Below, in pieces: positions 46,706 through 56,570 of a DNA stretch of 64,000 nt. Below the pieces are notes generated by a model. It had not been told where the DNA came from, ran no database searches, and saw only the letters and a list, made by a program, of their open reading frames with translations. Position 1 is the first letter of the stretch. The number at the start of each line of letters is the position of its first letter. The translations under genes and the position numbers were made by a program. Source of the stretch: Hyalangium minutum (lineage in GTDB: Bacteria; Myxococcota; Myxococcia; Myxococcales; Myxococcaceae); NCBI RefSeq assembly GCF_000737315.1, contig NZ_JMCB01000002.1:310001-374000 (forward strand). The letters run 5' to 3'.

Positions 46706-49700
46706 CTACGCCGGGCTCGAGGCCCGCTCCAGCGCTCGTCGCAGCCGCCCTTCCATGAGGTTGGGGATGGTGGCGGCCCGCTCCAGCGCCTCCTTCAGGA
46801 CGCGCACTGCCTCCTCGCGCTCTCCTCGCCGCAGCGCCGCCAGCCCCATCATCTCCAGCACCTCCAGCGGCTCCTGCTCCATGGACACCTCCGCCGAGCG
46901 CAGCCGGAGCTGCTGCCACGCCTCCTGGCTGGCGTCCTGCGTGGTGAGCTCCACCATGGAGAAGAGCACCTCCTCGGAGGCGCTGAGCGCAGAGGCCTGC
47001 CGCTGCCGGGACAGCACCCCGCGCACCTGCGCCAGCCGCTCCATCGCCTGTGCGTACTTGCCCTCCCAGGCCAGCACCCGCGCGTCCAGCAGCAGCCCCC
47101 AGGGCCGAGATGCCACCTCGGGGTGCTGGCGCTCCAGGTCGATGGCCCGTGCAATGTGTGGCGCCGCCGCCCCCGCGTCCCCCGCCTGGTAGTACAGCTC
47201 TCCCAGGTTGTGCTCGGCGAAGTACTCCCAGCCCACCATGCCCAGCTCGCGGCCCAGGTGCATGAACCGCAGCTGATCCTTCACCGCGTTGGCCAGGTCC
47301 TTGCGCGACACCCAGAGGTTGCGCCGGTTGTTGATGGCGCTGCCCAAGTGGAACCGGTCACCGCGCTTCGTGCACGAGGCGATGACGTCCTCCAGCACCT
47401 CCGCTGTCTCCGTGATGCGGCCCAGGTTGGGGAGGATGACGGCCAGCAGCAACTGCGCCACCACCCGCGTCTCGTAGCCCGCGTCTCCCAGCAGGTTCGC
47501 GCTGTCCGCGGCCGCCTCCAGCGGAGGACAGGCCTCCGCCCAGCGGCCCTTGCGGAACCACGTCATGCCCACGCCCAGCAGCAGCCGTGCCCGGACATAG
47601 GTGGAGGCCACCTTGCCCACCCGTGCATGCGCCGCATCCACGCAGGCCGCCGAGCGCTCGTAGTCGTTCATCCAGTCCCGCGCCATCGCCTCGTCCAGCA
47701 GCACCTCCACCTCGGCGCGCACGTCGGCCACCCGCCGGGCCATCTCTCGCGCCTTCGTGAAGTCCGCCAGCGAGTCCTCGTACCGGCCAATGCGGTAGCG
47801 CATCATCCCCCGCCCCCGGTAGAGCGTCAGCCCGCGCAGCTCGTCCGCCGAATCCAACAGCGCCAGCGCGCGTGTGTAGAGTGTCTCCGCGTCCAGGTAG
47901 GCGTGACGGCCGCGGGCGGACTCGGCCAGATCCAAGTAGAGCGCGAGCGCCTCCTCCCGCATGCCCGCCACCGCCGCGTGGAAGGCCAGCCGGGGGATGA
48001 GCTGCCGCTCGTGGGCGGCGCTGCGGCTCTCGAAGAAGCGGAAGGCCGCGCGGTGGATGTGGATGCGCTCGGCCTCGGGCAGCGTGTGGGCCACCGCCTC
48101 GCGTACCAGCTCGTTGCGGAAGCTGATCTCCTCGTGGCGGTGCTCCACCAGCAGCCCCTGGTCCAACAGCCGGCGCGTGGCGTGGCCCGGGTCCAACGGG
48201 AAGTCCGCCGCGAGCCCCTCGCGCTCCAGCTCCCGCACCACGCCCTCGGCCGAGGTGGCGGTGAAGTCCGAGCCCAGCAGTGCGCACAGCCGAGCGTGCG
48301 CCGCCAGCGCCGGAGGGAGGGCCCCCAGCTCACGGTCCGCCAGCCACTCCACCAGCCGCAGCTCCGGGAGGGTGTTCAGCTCGTCGGTGACGAGGTACCA
48401 ACTGCCCCCATCGCCGCGCTGGCGCACCAGGCCCTGCCGCTTGAGGGCTCGCACGAGCTCCACCAAGAAGAGGGGCACGCGGCGGGCGCGCTCGACGATG
48501 CGCTCCACCGCTTGAGCGGGCACGTTGTCCACCGGGCGCAGCAGCGTGCGGCACAGTGCCTGCGCATGCTCGGGCGCCAGCGGCTCCAGGGTGAGGCGGA
48601 GTCGATGGGCGGCGCGCGTGCCCCAGGCGGGACGGCTGCGCTCGAACTCCGGGCGCGCCAGCACGCCGATCCACAGAGGCACCCGGGTCTCCGCCAGACA
48701 CGCGTACTCCAGCGCATCCAGCGAAATCTCATCCGCGAAGTGCGCGTCATCGAGCAGCAGGCACAGCGGGCGCTCGCGGGCGATGGCCGCCAGCAGCTCT
48801 CCGGTGGCGCGCATGGCCAGCGAGCGCAACGCACCCGGTGCTGCGGCCCGGCTCTGCAGCTCGGGGCTGTCCGGGGCGGACCACCCCAGTGTGGCGGACA
48901 CGCCGGGCCACAGCTCCGCGGCCAGCTCGGGCCCCAGCCGCGAGAAGAAGGCATTGCGGCCCTCCTCCACCGAGCCGGTGTCATCCTTCTCGAAGGCGTG
49001 GAGCGCCAGGCGCAGCAGCGTGCGCAGGGTGCCCGAGGGGTCTCCCTGCACGGGCTCGCGCGCGCGCAGCGTGTAGACGCGGGCCCGGGGCAGGGACTCG
49101 CGCACCCGGTGGGCCAGCTCCGCGCTGAAGTGGCTCTTGCCGTGGCCCCGCTCGCCCAGCACCGTGGCCAGCGTGGGAGCGCGCTCCTCCAACGCCCGGC
49201 GCACGCTCGCCCAGAAGGACTTCAGCTCCTCGTCCCGGCCGATCAGCACCTCGCTGCCGAGCTTGAGCACGGTGGCCTCCGTGCGCGGCGCCACTTCGGC
49301 GGGCACGGGGCGCAGCAGGCCCTCGCGGTCGGGGACAGACGCGAAGCTCACGTCGGGCACGGCGTCCGCCGCCGCGGAGGTGAGCATCAGGGGGATGGTG
49401 TCCGTGGCGGCGGGGTAGCGCTCCTTGCGCGTGAAGATGCTGCCCAGGTAGCGCGGCGGCGAGCCCGGGCGCTGCTGCACGGTGACGGTGGCCACGTCCA
49501 CGAGCGCCGTCGTCACCAGCCCGCGCTCCTCCAGCTCCTGCGCCGCGCGCATGGCCCGCTGCACCGGATTCTCCCCGGCGTTGAGATCGAACACGCCGGC
49601 GAACCGGGGGCCGTCGCGCCAGGCCACCTGCCCGCCGAGCCCGCTCAGCACCTTCTGGATGGAGACGGGGTTGCCGGTGGAGGAGCAGAGCAGCACCGCC

Positions 49701-50734
49701 ACCGAGCGGCGGGCCTGGGCGGGGCGAGCGGGCTCCTCGGGGGAAGCGGGACGCGCGGGAGCTTCCCGGACGGGCGGGGCAGAGTAGACGGGCTGGGAGA
49801 GCGCCTCGCGCAGCGCCCCGCGCACAGCGGCCCCACTGTCGAAGCGCCGGAAGCGCTCCTTGGAGAGGCACTGGAGCACCACGGCCTCCACGGCCGGTGA
49901 GACGGGGGCCAGCTCCGAGGGGCGCTGGGGCCTCAGCGAGAGGTGCGATTGAAGCACCTGCGTGTGGAGGCCGAAGAAGGGGGGGCGCCCGGTGAGCATC
50001 TCGTACAGGAGCACCCCGAATGCGTAGACGTCCGTGCGCGCATCCAGCAGGGCGGAGCCCGCGCATTGCTCGGGGGCCATGTACTCCGCGGTCCCCGCGT
50101 AGGCGTGCGCACTGGCCGTGGAGGCGTCTCCGGGGAAGGGGGGCAGGGCCGGGGAGCGCGCCAGCCCGAAGTCGATGAGCCGCACGCGCGCGGGGTCCGC
50201 GTCCAGGAAGAGGTTCTCCGGCTTGAGGTCGCAGTGGATGAAGCCCCGCGTGTGGAGCGAGTCCAGCGCCTCCGCCATGGCGAGCGCGTGCGAGGAGAAC
50301 TCCTGCGGCGGCAGGGGGCCGGAGGGCTCGGCCAGGCGCTGGGCCAGGGTGGGCTGCGCCACATACTCCATCACCATGCAGCGGCCACCGGCCTCGAGCG
50401 GGCTCAGCTCATACAGCGCGGGCGTCAGCGGAGGGCCGATGAGCCGCAGCGCCTCGGCCTCGCGGGTGAGCAGGGCGGCGGCCAGGGAATGGCCAGTCGG
50501 AGGGACCTTGAGGGCCACGGGGGTGTTGTCCGAGAGCCGGTGTCCGCCCAGCACTGTGGCGAAGCCGCCGCGCGCGATGAGGCGATCGACGCGGTAGCCC
50601 ACCAGAGAGAGCTCCGGGGCCGCGAGGCTCTCGGGCAGAGGCGCTGGGGCGTTCAGGCCAGGGCCCCCCTGTGGACACACGGGGTGAGTTCCCTCCCAGC
50701 GCCTGCCGCATGTCTGACAGCGAGGCACGCTCAA
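46706..50734 (-). CDS. Ser/Thr kinase - degenerate cyclase - AAA/STAND ATPase - TPR protein
   Basis: HCDLKPEN, DFG, YMAPE; Walker A GERGHGKS, Walker B LLLDD; helical repeats. Confidence 0.9.
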   Translation of the reverse strand: MSVPRCQTCGRRWEGTHPVCPQGGPGLNAPAPLPESLAAPELSLVGYRVDRLIARGGFATVLGGHRLSDNTPVALKVPPTGHSLAAALLTREAEALRLIGPPLTPALYELSPLEAGGRCMVMEYVAQPTLAQRLAEPSGPLPPQEFSSHALAMAEALDSLHTRGFIHCDLKPENLFLDADPARVRLIDFGLARSPALPPFPGDASTASAHAYAGTAEYMAPEQCAGSALLDARTDVYAFGVLLYEMLTGRPPFFGLHTQVLQSHLSLRPQRPSELAPVSPAVEAVVLQCLSKERFRRFDSGAAVRGALREALSQPVYSAPPVREAPARPASPEEPARPAQARRSVAVLLCSSTGNPVSIQKVLSGLGGQVAWRDGPRFAGVFDLNAGENPVQRAMRAAQELEERGLVTTALVDVATVTVQQRPGSPPRYLGSIFTRKERYPAATDTIPLMLTSAAADAVPDVSFASVPDREGLLRPVPAEVAPRTEATVLKLGSEVLIGRDEELKSFWASVRRALEERAPTLATVLGERGHGKSHFSAELAHRVRESLPRARVYTLRAREPVQGDPSGTLRTLLRLALHAFEKDDTGSVEEGRNAFFSRLGPELAAELWPGVSATLGWSAPDSPELQSRAAAPGALRSLAMRATGELLAAIARERPLCLLLDDAHFADEISLDALEYACLAETRVPLWIGVLARPEFERSRPAWGTRAAHRLRLTLEPLAPEHAQALCRTLLRPVDNVPAQAVERIVERARRVPLFLVELVRALKRQGLVRQRGDGGSWYLVTDELNTLPELRLVEWLADRELGALPPALAAHARLCALLGSDFTATSAEGVVRELEREGLAADFPLDPGHATRRLLDQGLLVEHRHEEISFRNELVREAVAHTLPEAERIHIHRAAFRFFESRSAAHERQLIPRLAFHAAVAGMREEALALYLDLAESARGRHAYLDAETLYTRALALLDSADELRGLTLYRGRGMMRYRIGRYEDSLADFTKAREMARRVADVRAEVEVLLDEAMARDWMNDYERSAACVDAAHARVGKVASTYVRARLLLGVGMTWFRKGRWAEACPPLEAAADSANLLGDAGYETRVVAQLLLAVILPNLGRITETAEVLEDVIASCTKRGDRFHLGSAINNRRNLWVSRKDLANAVKDQLRFMHLGRELGMVGWEYFAEHNLGELYYQAGDAGAAAPHIARAIDLERQHPEVASRPWGLLLDARVLAWEGKYAQAMERLAQVRGVLSRQRQASALSASEEVLFSMVELTTQDASQEAWQQLRLRSAEVSMEQEPLEVLEMMGLAALRRGEREEAVRVLKEALERAATIPNLMEGRLRRALERASSPA

Positions 50735-50879
50735 ACTCTACGTGTCTGGTCCAACGCCTTCCATGGCGGGTACCCGGTAGGTCGGTGGGACAATGTGTCA
50801 CCGCAAGCGGACGAGCCTGGACTGCGCGTGAAGCCCGCTGCTGACCGCGCTTTCAGCCAGTCCCTGAAACAGTGGGGTG

Positions 50880-52454
50880 TCACTCGAGCCCGCCCGAGTC
50901 GTAGCTGGAGGGTACGTCCACGTGGAAGACGAGCTCCACCGTGCGCTTCTCCGCCGGAGCCAGCGGGAGCTTCCAGGTGGCGATGCCGTCCGCTGCGTCC
51001 AGCGCGTAGCCCGCCGTCGTCTTCTTCGCGTCCAGCTCCACCTTCACGTCCTCCAGCTCGGACACGGGGATGTGCTCGGACACCTCGAGCTGCTCGGGCG
51101 TCTTGCGGTAGTTGGCCACCTCGAAGCGGTAGGCGTAGCGGAAGCGCCGCTTGCCGCCGAAGAGGCCCGTGTCCCGGGCCACCTCCTCTACCACCTGCCG
51201 CTCCACGCGCAGGCCCTCCTCGATGCCGAACGTCAGCTCGAAGGGGGCGCCTTGCGCCACGCGCTCCAGCGGCTGGCGGCCGAGGAAGCCCGTCTGCCGG
51301 AACACGTCCACCGGGCCCGCCAGCAGCGGGAAGGGCGCCGTGTTGGTGAGCCGCGCCACGCGGAACACCACCGGGTACAGCTTGGGAATGGTGCGCCAGG
51401 CGAAGGAGGCCTGGAGCGGGGTGCGCGCCACCCTCAGCCGCACCTCCGAGCCGTCTCCCGGCACATTCGCCCGCTCCGGTACGGTGAGCTGCACGGAGAG
51501 CCCCTGGGCCTTGGCATGCAGGGACTCTCCGCCGGAGGGAGGGGTGCTGGCTCCCGACTGCGCGTGCTCCTGGCGCTCCTCGCGGCTCACGAGCACCTTG
51601 CGCTCCACCTTGCGCTCCCGGGAGGAGACGAACAGGGGCCGCAGCTCCGGAGGCGTGGCGTTCTCATCCGGCACGGCGGTGGAGAGCACCAGCTGCGCCT
51701 CCTTCCAGTCCTCGCCGGAGGCCTGCTTCACCGTGGCGTAGGTGGACAGCTCCACCCGCTGGCCCTGCTCGTCGGCGCGGGCCTCGTAGGCCGGCTGCCA
51801 GGAGGCGCCGCCCACCAGGTAGGTGAGCTCCACGCGGGCCTGGGTGCCCGAGGGGCAGTCCAGCCGCACCTCCACGCTCCGGTCGATGCGCGCCGAGGCC
51901 GCCAGCGTCCGCTGCTCCTGGGTGGAGAGCTCGGCCAGGGCGCGCGAGGTGGTGCGCAGCTTGGAGGCTTGGGCCTCCCGCTCGGCGCTGGCGCGCAGCC
52001 GGGAGCCGAGCGCCGTGTCCAGCGCGGTGCCCCACGCGCGGGTGTCCGGCTTGGCCTCGGTGAACTCGCGGCGGATGCGCCCGAGCGCCACGTTCATGAG
52101 GCCCGAGCCCAGCGAGTCCAGGGCCAGGGCGCGCGCGCGGGCATGCTCCAGGGCGGCCAGCTCGCGCTCCAGCTCCACGCGCTGCTTCTCCTGCTTCTCT
52201 CGCTCGGCGCCGTAGCGCGTCTGCCGCGTGTGCTCGGAGGCGAGCAGGCCCTCCACGGTGCCCCGGTCGGCGCGCGCCCGGAAGCTGGAGGGATCCGCGG
52301 CAGGGGGCAGCTCCTCGAAGCGCGCCAGGGTATCGCGGCCCGTGCACGTCACCGTCTGCGCGCGCGTCACCTGGGCGCGGTCGGGGTAGACGACGACGGA
52401 GCTCACCGAGGGAGTGGCGGCGAGCACCCACAACGTCAGGGACAGGGTGTGCAT
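50880..52454 (-). CDS. DUF4139/DUF4140 protein (MuiA-like)
   Basis: SVVVYPDRAQVTR, ASW.PAYE.R, Q.SGEDW...L.LSTA. Confidence 0.88.
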   Translation of the reverse strand: MHTLSLTLWVLAATPSVSSVVVYPDRAQVTRAQTVTCTGRDTLARFEELPPAADPSSFRARADRGTVEGLLASEHTRQTRYGAEREKQEKQRVELERELAALEHARARALALDSLGSGLMNVALGRIRREFTEAKPDTRAWGTALDTALGSRLRASAEREAQASKLRTTSRALAELSTQEQRTLAASARIDRSVEVRLDCPSGTQARVELTYLVGGASWQPAYEARADEQGQRVELSTYATVKQASGEDWKEAQLVLSTAVPDENATPPELRPLFVSSRERKVERKVLVSREERQEHAQSGASTPPSGGESLHAKAQGLSVQLTVPERANVPGDGSEVRLRVARTPLQASFAWRTIPKLYPVVFRVARLTNTAPFPLLAGPVDVFRQTGFLGRQPLERVAQGAPFELTFGIEEGLRVERQVVEEVARDTGLFGGKRRFRYAYRFEVANYRKTPEQLEVSEHIPVSELEDVKVELDAKKTTAGYALDAADGIATWKLPLAPAEKRTVELVFHVDVPSSYDSGGLE

Positions 52455-52466
52455 GGTCGCTCCTCC

Positions 52467-54401
52467 TTATTGAGACTGGGACAGGCGCCAGCCCTTCGGG
52501 CGGCGCAGGGTGTATTCGAAGGACACCACCGTCTTGCCCGAGGCGGGCACGGTGAGCTCCCACTCCAGCGCGCCCTTCACCTTGTCCTGCTTGGCGTAGG
52601 GCTCGGTGCGCACGAGCTTGATCTCCACGTCCTTGTCCTTCGTGAGCGGCCACTGGTCGTGGATGCGCACCGGAAGGGGGAAGGCGTAGGGGTTGGCCAC
52701 TTCGAGGGTGACGCGGTACAGGGTCTCCTCGTCCTTGCTGATGAAGCCCTTCTCTGACTCGACGAGCGTCACGTTGCGCACGGGCCGCACCGCGCGGTCC
52801 ACGCCCAGCGGCAGGGTGAAGCGCTCGCCGGGCGCCACAAGCTTCAGCGAGGCCGTGCCCGCGGGGTCCGAGCCGACGAAGAGGCTGGCCTCGCCCCCGG
52901 GCAGCACCTGCTTCGAGGGGCTCTGCAGCTCCGCCACGAGGAAGGCATCCCGGGCGAGCGCGGGGAACAGCTTGCGCTCGGTCTTCACGGGCCAGGACTC
53001 GGTGAAGAGCGGGACGAGCCGTCCGCCTCCACCGCTGGGGATGGTCTCCCGGCGCGCGGAGGGAAAGGCCAGGTCATAGCCTCCGGCGAGCGAGGCCGGC
53101 AGGCGCGGATCCACGGCGGGCCGACGCCAGGCCGCGGGAGGCGCGAGCCCCACGCCCAGGGTCGTCGTGGGAACGGAGGGCCGGGAGCTGCTGGTCAGGC
53201 CTCCGAACGAGTGGCTCCCGGTGACAACCACCTCTTCGAGATACTCCTCGGGAGGCATGGACCCGGCCGCCAAGGAAGGAGGTGGGGGTGGCGCAGGCGG
53301 GGGCTTGGCCTCGTAGGTGCTGCCTGGAGCCTGATTCCCAGCGAGCACTGACGCGTCCGCGTTGATGCCCGTGGCAGGGGAGTCCACGTCGAGCCCGTTC
53401 ACGACGTACTCCGTCTGCCCAGCCGGCGTGGCCTGAACCCGGGCGAGCAGCCGCTGGCGGAGCTGATCACTCTCCTTCGCCTCGGCGGGGAGGGGCGGAG
53501 GAAGCGGAGGCGGCGGGCGGGACGGCCGGACGAGCGGAGCGGGTGTGGGGATGAAGCGCTCTTGCTGGCCAATCTTCCAGGTGGCGAGCTTGGGCAGGGC
53601 GGTGGCGGTGGCGGGGATGGCGGTGCTGAGCGTGAGCACCGCGTCCTGCCAGTCCTCGCCGGACTCCTGGCTCACGAATCCGAAGAAGGACACCTGCACC
53701 CGGTTCGTCTCAGGGGCGAGCTGCAGCTCGTAGCGGGGGAACCAGCGCGCGTTGCCGGTGACATAGGTGAGGGTGAGCTTCACCGGGCCACTGCCCGAGA
53801 GCGTGGGCGCCACCTCGAGCCCAGGGCTGCGAGGCGCACCGCCCAGCCGGGAGGCCTCCTGGAGCTGGCGCTCGCGCGTTCTCTCGAGGTCTCGAATCCG
53901 CGCGTCCAGCTCGCGCAGCCGCGCCTGGAGCTTGTCGAGGGTATCGATCCAAAAGGTGCTGGCCGCGTTCCAGCCGGAGGGGTCCAAGCGGGGGGGCGGG
54001 GCCTTGTCTCGGTCTCCCTCGGGGAGGGGCTGAGGGTTCAGGCCCCGGAGAGCGGAGAGCTGGGTGTTGCACGCCTCCCGCTCGGAGCGGGTGCGGGTGA
54101 GCTGGTCATCCAGCCGGTCCAGCGCGTCGAGCACCTTGCGGGCCTCGGTGGCGAGCAGCATCTCGGGGCTGACGGGCTTCAGGTCCACGCGGGAGACTTC
54201 GGCGCCCTCGGCTTCCACGCGGACGGAGGAGGCATCTACCGCGCCGTGGAGGAGGGGCAGCTCCACGCGCTGGGAGCCCGAGAGGGTGAGCTGGGCGGTG
54301 CGGACCACCCGCGCCTGGTCGCTGTAGACGGTGACAGAGGTAATGGGCGCATCGACGGCGGTGGCCAGCGCCCCGAAGCCCAAGAGTCCAAGCAGGAGCA
54401 T
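52467..54401 (-). CDS. DUF4139/DUF4140 protein with central insert
   Basis: SVTVYSDQARVVR, W.PRYE, QESGEDW..LSTA; signal peptide. Confidence 0.88.
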   Translation of the reverse strand: MLLLGLLGFGALATAVDAPITSVTVYSDQARVVRTAQLTLSGSQRVELPLLHGAVDASSVRVEAEGAEVSRVDLKPVSPEMLLATEARKVLDALDRLDDQLTRTRSEREACNTQLSALRGLNPQPLPEGDRDKAPPPRLDPSGWNAASTFWIDTLDKLQARLRELDARIRDLERTRERQLQEASRLGGAPRSPGLEVAPTLSGSGPVKLTLTYVTGNARWFPRYELQLAPETNRVQVSFFGFVSQESGEDWQDAVLTLSTAIPATATALPKLATWKIGQQERFIPTPAPLVRPSRPPPPLPPPLPAEAKESDQLRQRLLARVQATPAGQTEYVVNGLDVDSPATGINADASVLAGNQAPGSTYEAKPPPAPPPPPSLAAGSMPPEEYLEEVVVTGSHSFGGLTSSSRPSVPTTTLGVGLAPPAAWRRPAVDPRLPASLAGGYDLAFPSARRETIPSGGGGRLVPLFTESWPVKTERKLFPALARDAFLVAELQSPSKQVLPGGEASLFVGSDPAGTASLKLVAPGERFTLPLGVDRAVRPVRNVTLVESEKGFISKDEETLYRVTLEVANPYAFPLPVRIHDQWPLTKDKDVEIKLVRTEPYAKQDKVKGALEWELTVPASGKTVVSFEYTLRRPKGWRLSQSQ

Positions 54402-54571
54402 GGGGCCATCGTGACAGCTTCACTCGAAGAGGTCACAAAACGGTTGCGCGCGCTCTTTCCATCGGGAGCCCCCGTTTCCTCCTGGGCGGTCCTCGGGTGG
54501 GGGCCTCGTCCCCAAGGTCCCTTCTCTGAGGGAGAGACCGTCGCGACACGGGGGCTCCCATCTCGCGGTGA

Positions 54572-55096
54572 TTACGAGGGCTCGCCGAGGAAGCGGCGCC
54601 GGAGCGTGCGCGTCACTTCCGTGTCCCAGCGGAGCGAGAGGAGCTCCACGACGGTGCGGCGCCAGCGAAGGGCGCACGCCAGACACGCCAGGGTGGCCAG
54701 CAGGCCAATGAGGGTGTTCTGCCAGGAGGCCAGGTTCCACTGTCCCTTCCAGAACCACTCCTGCAGGGAGTGAGGCCAGAAGTAGTGGATGGGCCAGCCG
54801 GGGCCGCTGCCGGCCAGGTCACACAGCAGGTGCAGGTGGAAAGCGGCGAGGGAGAGCAGCGCCACCCCTCCTCGCTTCCGGGCGAAGGCGGTACAGAGGG
54901 CCATCGTCCCGAGCGCTGCCACGTACCCATGGGTGAGGACGTGGTGGTACTTCCCGTAGAGGTCCTCTCCCGCCAGGAGCGTGAGGCCATCCAGGTCCGG
55001 CGCGAGTCCCGCGAGGGTGACGAGCACCCGGTCACGTCTATCCGGCAGACCTTGGGCGGCCAGCCAGGACAGCTCCGCGTGGACGATGGGATTCAT
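54572..55096 (-). CDS. Metal-dependent hydrolase (YdjM-like membrane protein)
   Basis: H, APDLD, HHVLTHG, HLHLLCD. Confidence 0.85.
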   Translation of the reverse strand: MNPIVHAELSWLAAQGLPDRRDRVLVTLAGLAPDLDGLTLLAGEDLYGKYHHVLTHGYVAALGTMALCTAFARKRGGVALLSLAAFHLHLLCDLAGSGPGWPIHYFWPHSLQEWFWKGQWNLASWQNTLIGLLATLACLACALRWRRTVVELLSLRWDTEVTRTLRRRFLGEPS

Positions 55097-55141
55097 GGGC
55101 GGGGAGCATATCCCGGAAAGGGCTGCTCCCCGCCGGAGCCC

Positions 55142-56137
55142 TTAGCGCTTGGGGGCGCGGGCCTTGGCCAGCGCGGGCTTGCGGCGCATGAGCAGCACCA
55201 GCGCGAGCGCCACGGCCGCAGCCATCACCGGCATGCCACCGCTGGCGGAGGCCCCACAGCCCTGGCCGGCCTGCAAGTCACCCGCGGACCCATTGGGGTC
55301 ACGCGGCAGCGAAACAGGGCTGCCTGGTTGCTGGGAGGGAGTCGGAGAGTTGACGGAGGGCGGCGTCTGCTGCACGGGCGTCGTGGGCAGGCCGACGGGG
55401 GGCGGAGCCGGCGTGGTCTCGGCAACGGGAGCCGGCGGCATCACGTCCTCCAGCGTCGTGCCCATGGCGAAGCCGTCGTGGTAGACGACGCCCACCTGAG
55501 AGATGGAGTTGTCGCGGTACAGGCCGAGCTTCAGGTAGTTGCGGTCGCCGCTGAACTGGGTGGCCGCATACGTCTTCGGGGCCGCGAGCTTGCCATCCTT
55601 GTACAGCTCCACGAAGCCCGTGCTGGGGTTGGACGACCACTTCACGTGCAGGACGAAGTCATTCCACTGGCCGCGCACGAGCGGGCCGCTCCAGATGATC
55701 TTCCCCTCGCTGCCGCCGGCGCGCAGGAACATCTCCTCTCCCACGACGTAGAACTCCAGCGGCGGAGAGCCGCAGCAGCCCTCCTGGTGCCACTGGGCGA
55801 AGAGCTGCCACGTGTTGGCGATGGGGTAGTTCGCGGGGAACAGGGTGCTCCACTTGTAGTAGTACTCGGAGCCCTGAGCCTCCTCGGTGAGGTACAGCAC
55901 CTCGTTCCGGTTGCCGCTCGCGGCGATGGGGTTGTCCCCTTGGCGCACGGTCACCTTCAGGGCCTTGGAGCCCTCGCGCGTGACATCCGAGACGATTTGG
56001 AGCCGGTCATCCGCCACGCTCTGGGCACGAGTCCATTGCGACAGGTCACCTGTCTCGAAGTCGCCCTTCCACAACGTAGAGGCAGAGGCGATGGCCGGCA
56101 GCAACAGGACAGGGGCAAGTTTCAGGAAACGCTTCAC
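55142..56137 (-). CDS. Polysaccharide lyase-like protein with MYXO-CTERM-type anchor
   Basis: W.GDFETG, RNE, QWH, W.DFVLH..WS, YLKLGLYR; Pro-rich linker then GCGA+hydrophobic helix+RRK. Confidence 0.82.
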   Translation of the reverse strand: MKRFLKLAPVLLLPAIASASTLWKGDFETGDLSQWTRAQSVADDRLQIVSDVTREGSKALKVTVRQGDNPIAASGNRNEVLYLTEEAQGSEYYYKWSTLFPANYPIANTWQLFAQWHQEGCCGSPPLEFYVVGEEMFLRAGGSEGKIIWSGPLVRGQWNDFVLHVKWSSNPSTGFVELYKDGKLAAPKTYAATQFSGDRNYLKLGLYRDNSISQVGVVYHDGFAMGTTLEDVMPPAPVAETTPAPPPVGLPTTPVQQTPPSVNSPTPSQQPGSPVSLPRDPNGSAGDLQAGQGCGASASGGMPVMAAAVALALVLLMRRKPALAKARAPKR

Positions 56138-56570
56138 TCAAGCTCCTTTTGTCGTTCCTTGAGCCGTTTCGGACAAATGACGCGGGAAAACCCATCCCCA
56201 GGGCTGAGCTCGCCAAGCCTCAGGGGAGCAGGCCCCGGTGGGGCCGCCTCGGCTCGTGACGTGCAGGCCTGCGCTCCTGTCCCTCGCTGCCCACCGAGGG
56301 AGCGCGAATGCGTCATGATTTCAAGGGCGTGCACCACAGCGCCGCAGTGCGTAAGCAGCGGCTGACAAGCCCCAGCGGCGCCTGTGAGTCCTGCTGCTCG
56401 CTCCGCAGGCAGGCGCGAAGAAAGACGCAGTGCACGGCCGGGTTGAGCCTGGTTCCTCGGACGGTATCCAGCAGGCGGCGAAGGGCTGGGCCGAGGGCTG
56501 GAGGGGCTCCGAAAAGCTCTGCCATGCCTAAGAGCCCATGCCATGCTCGCGATGGATCTGAGCTGGAGGG

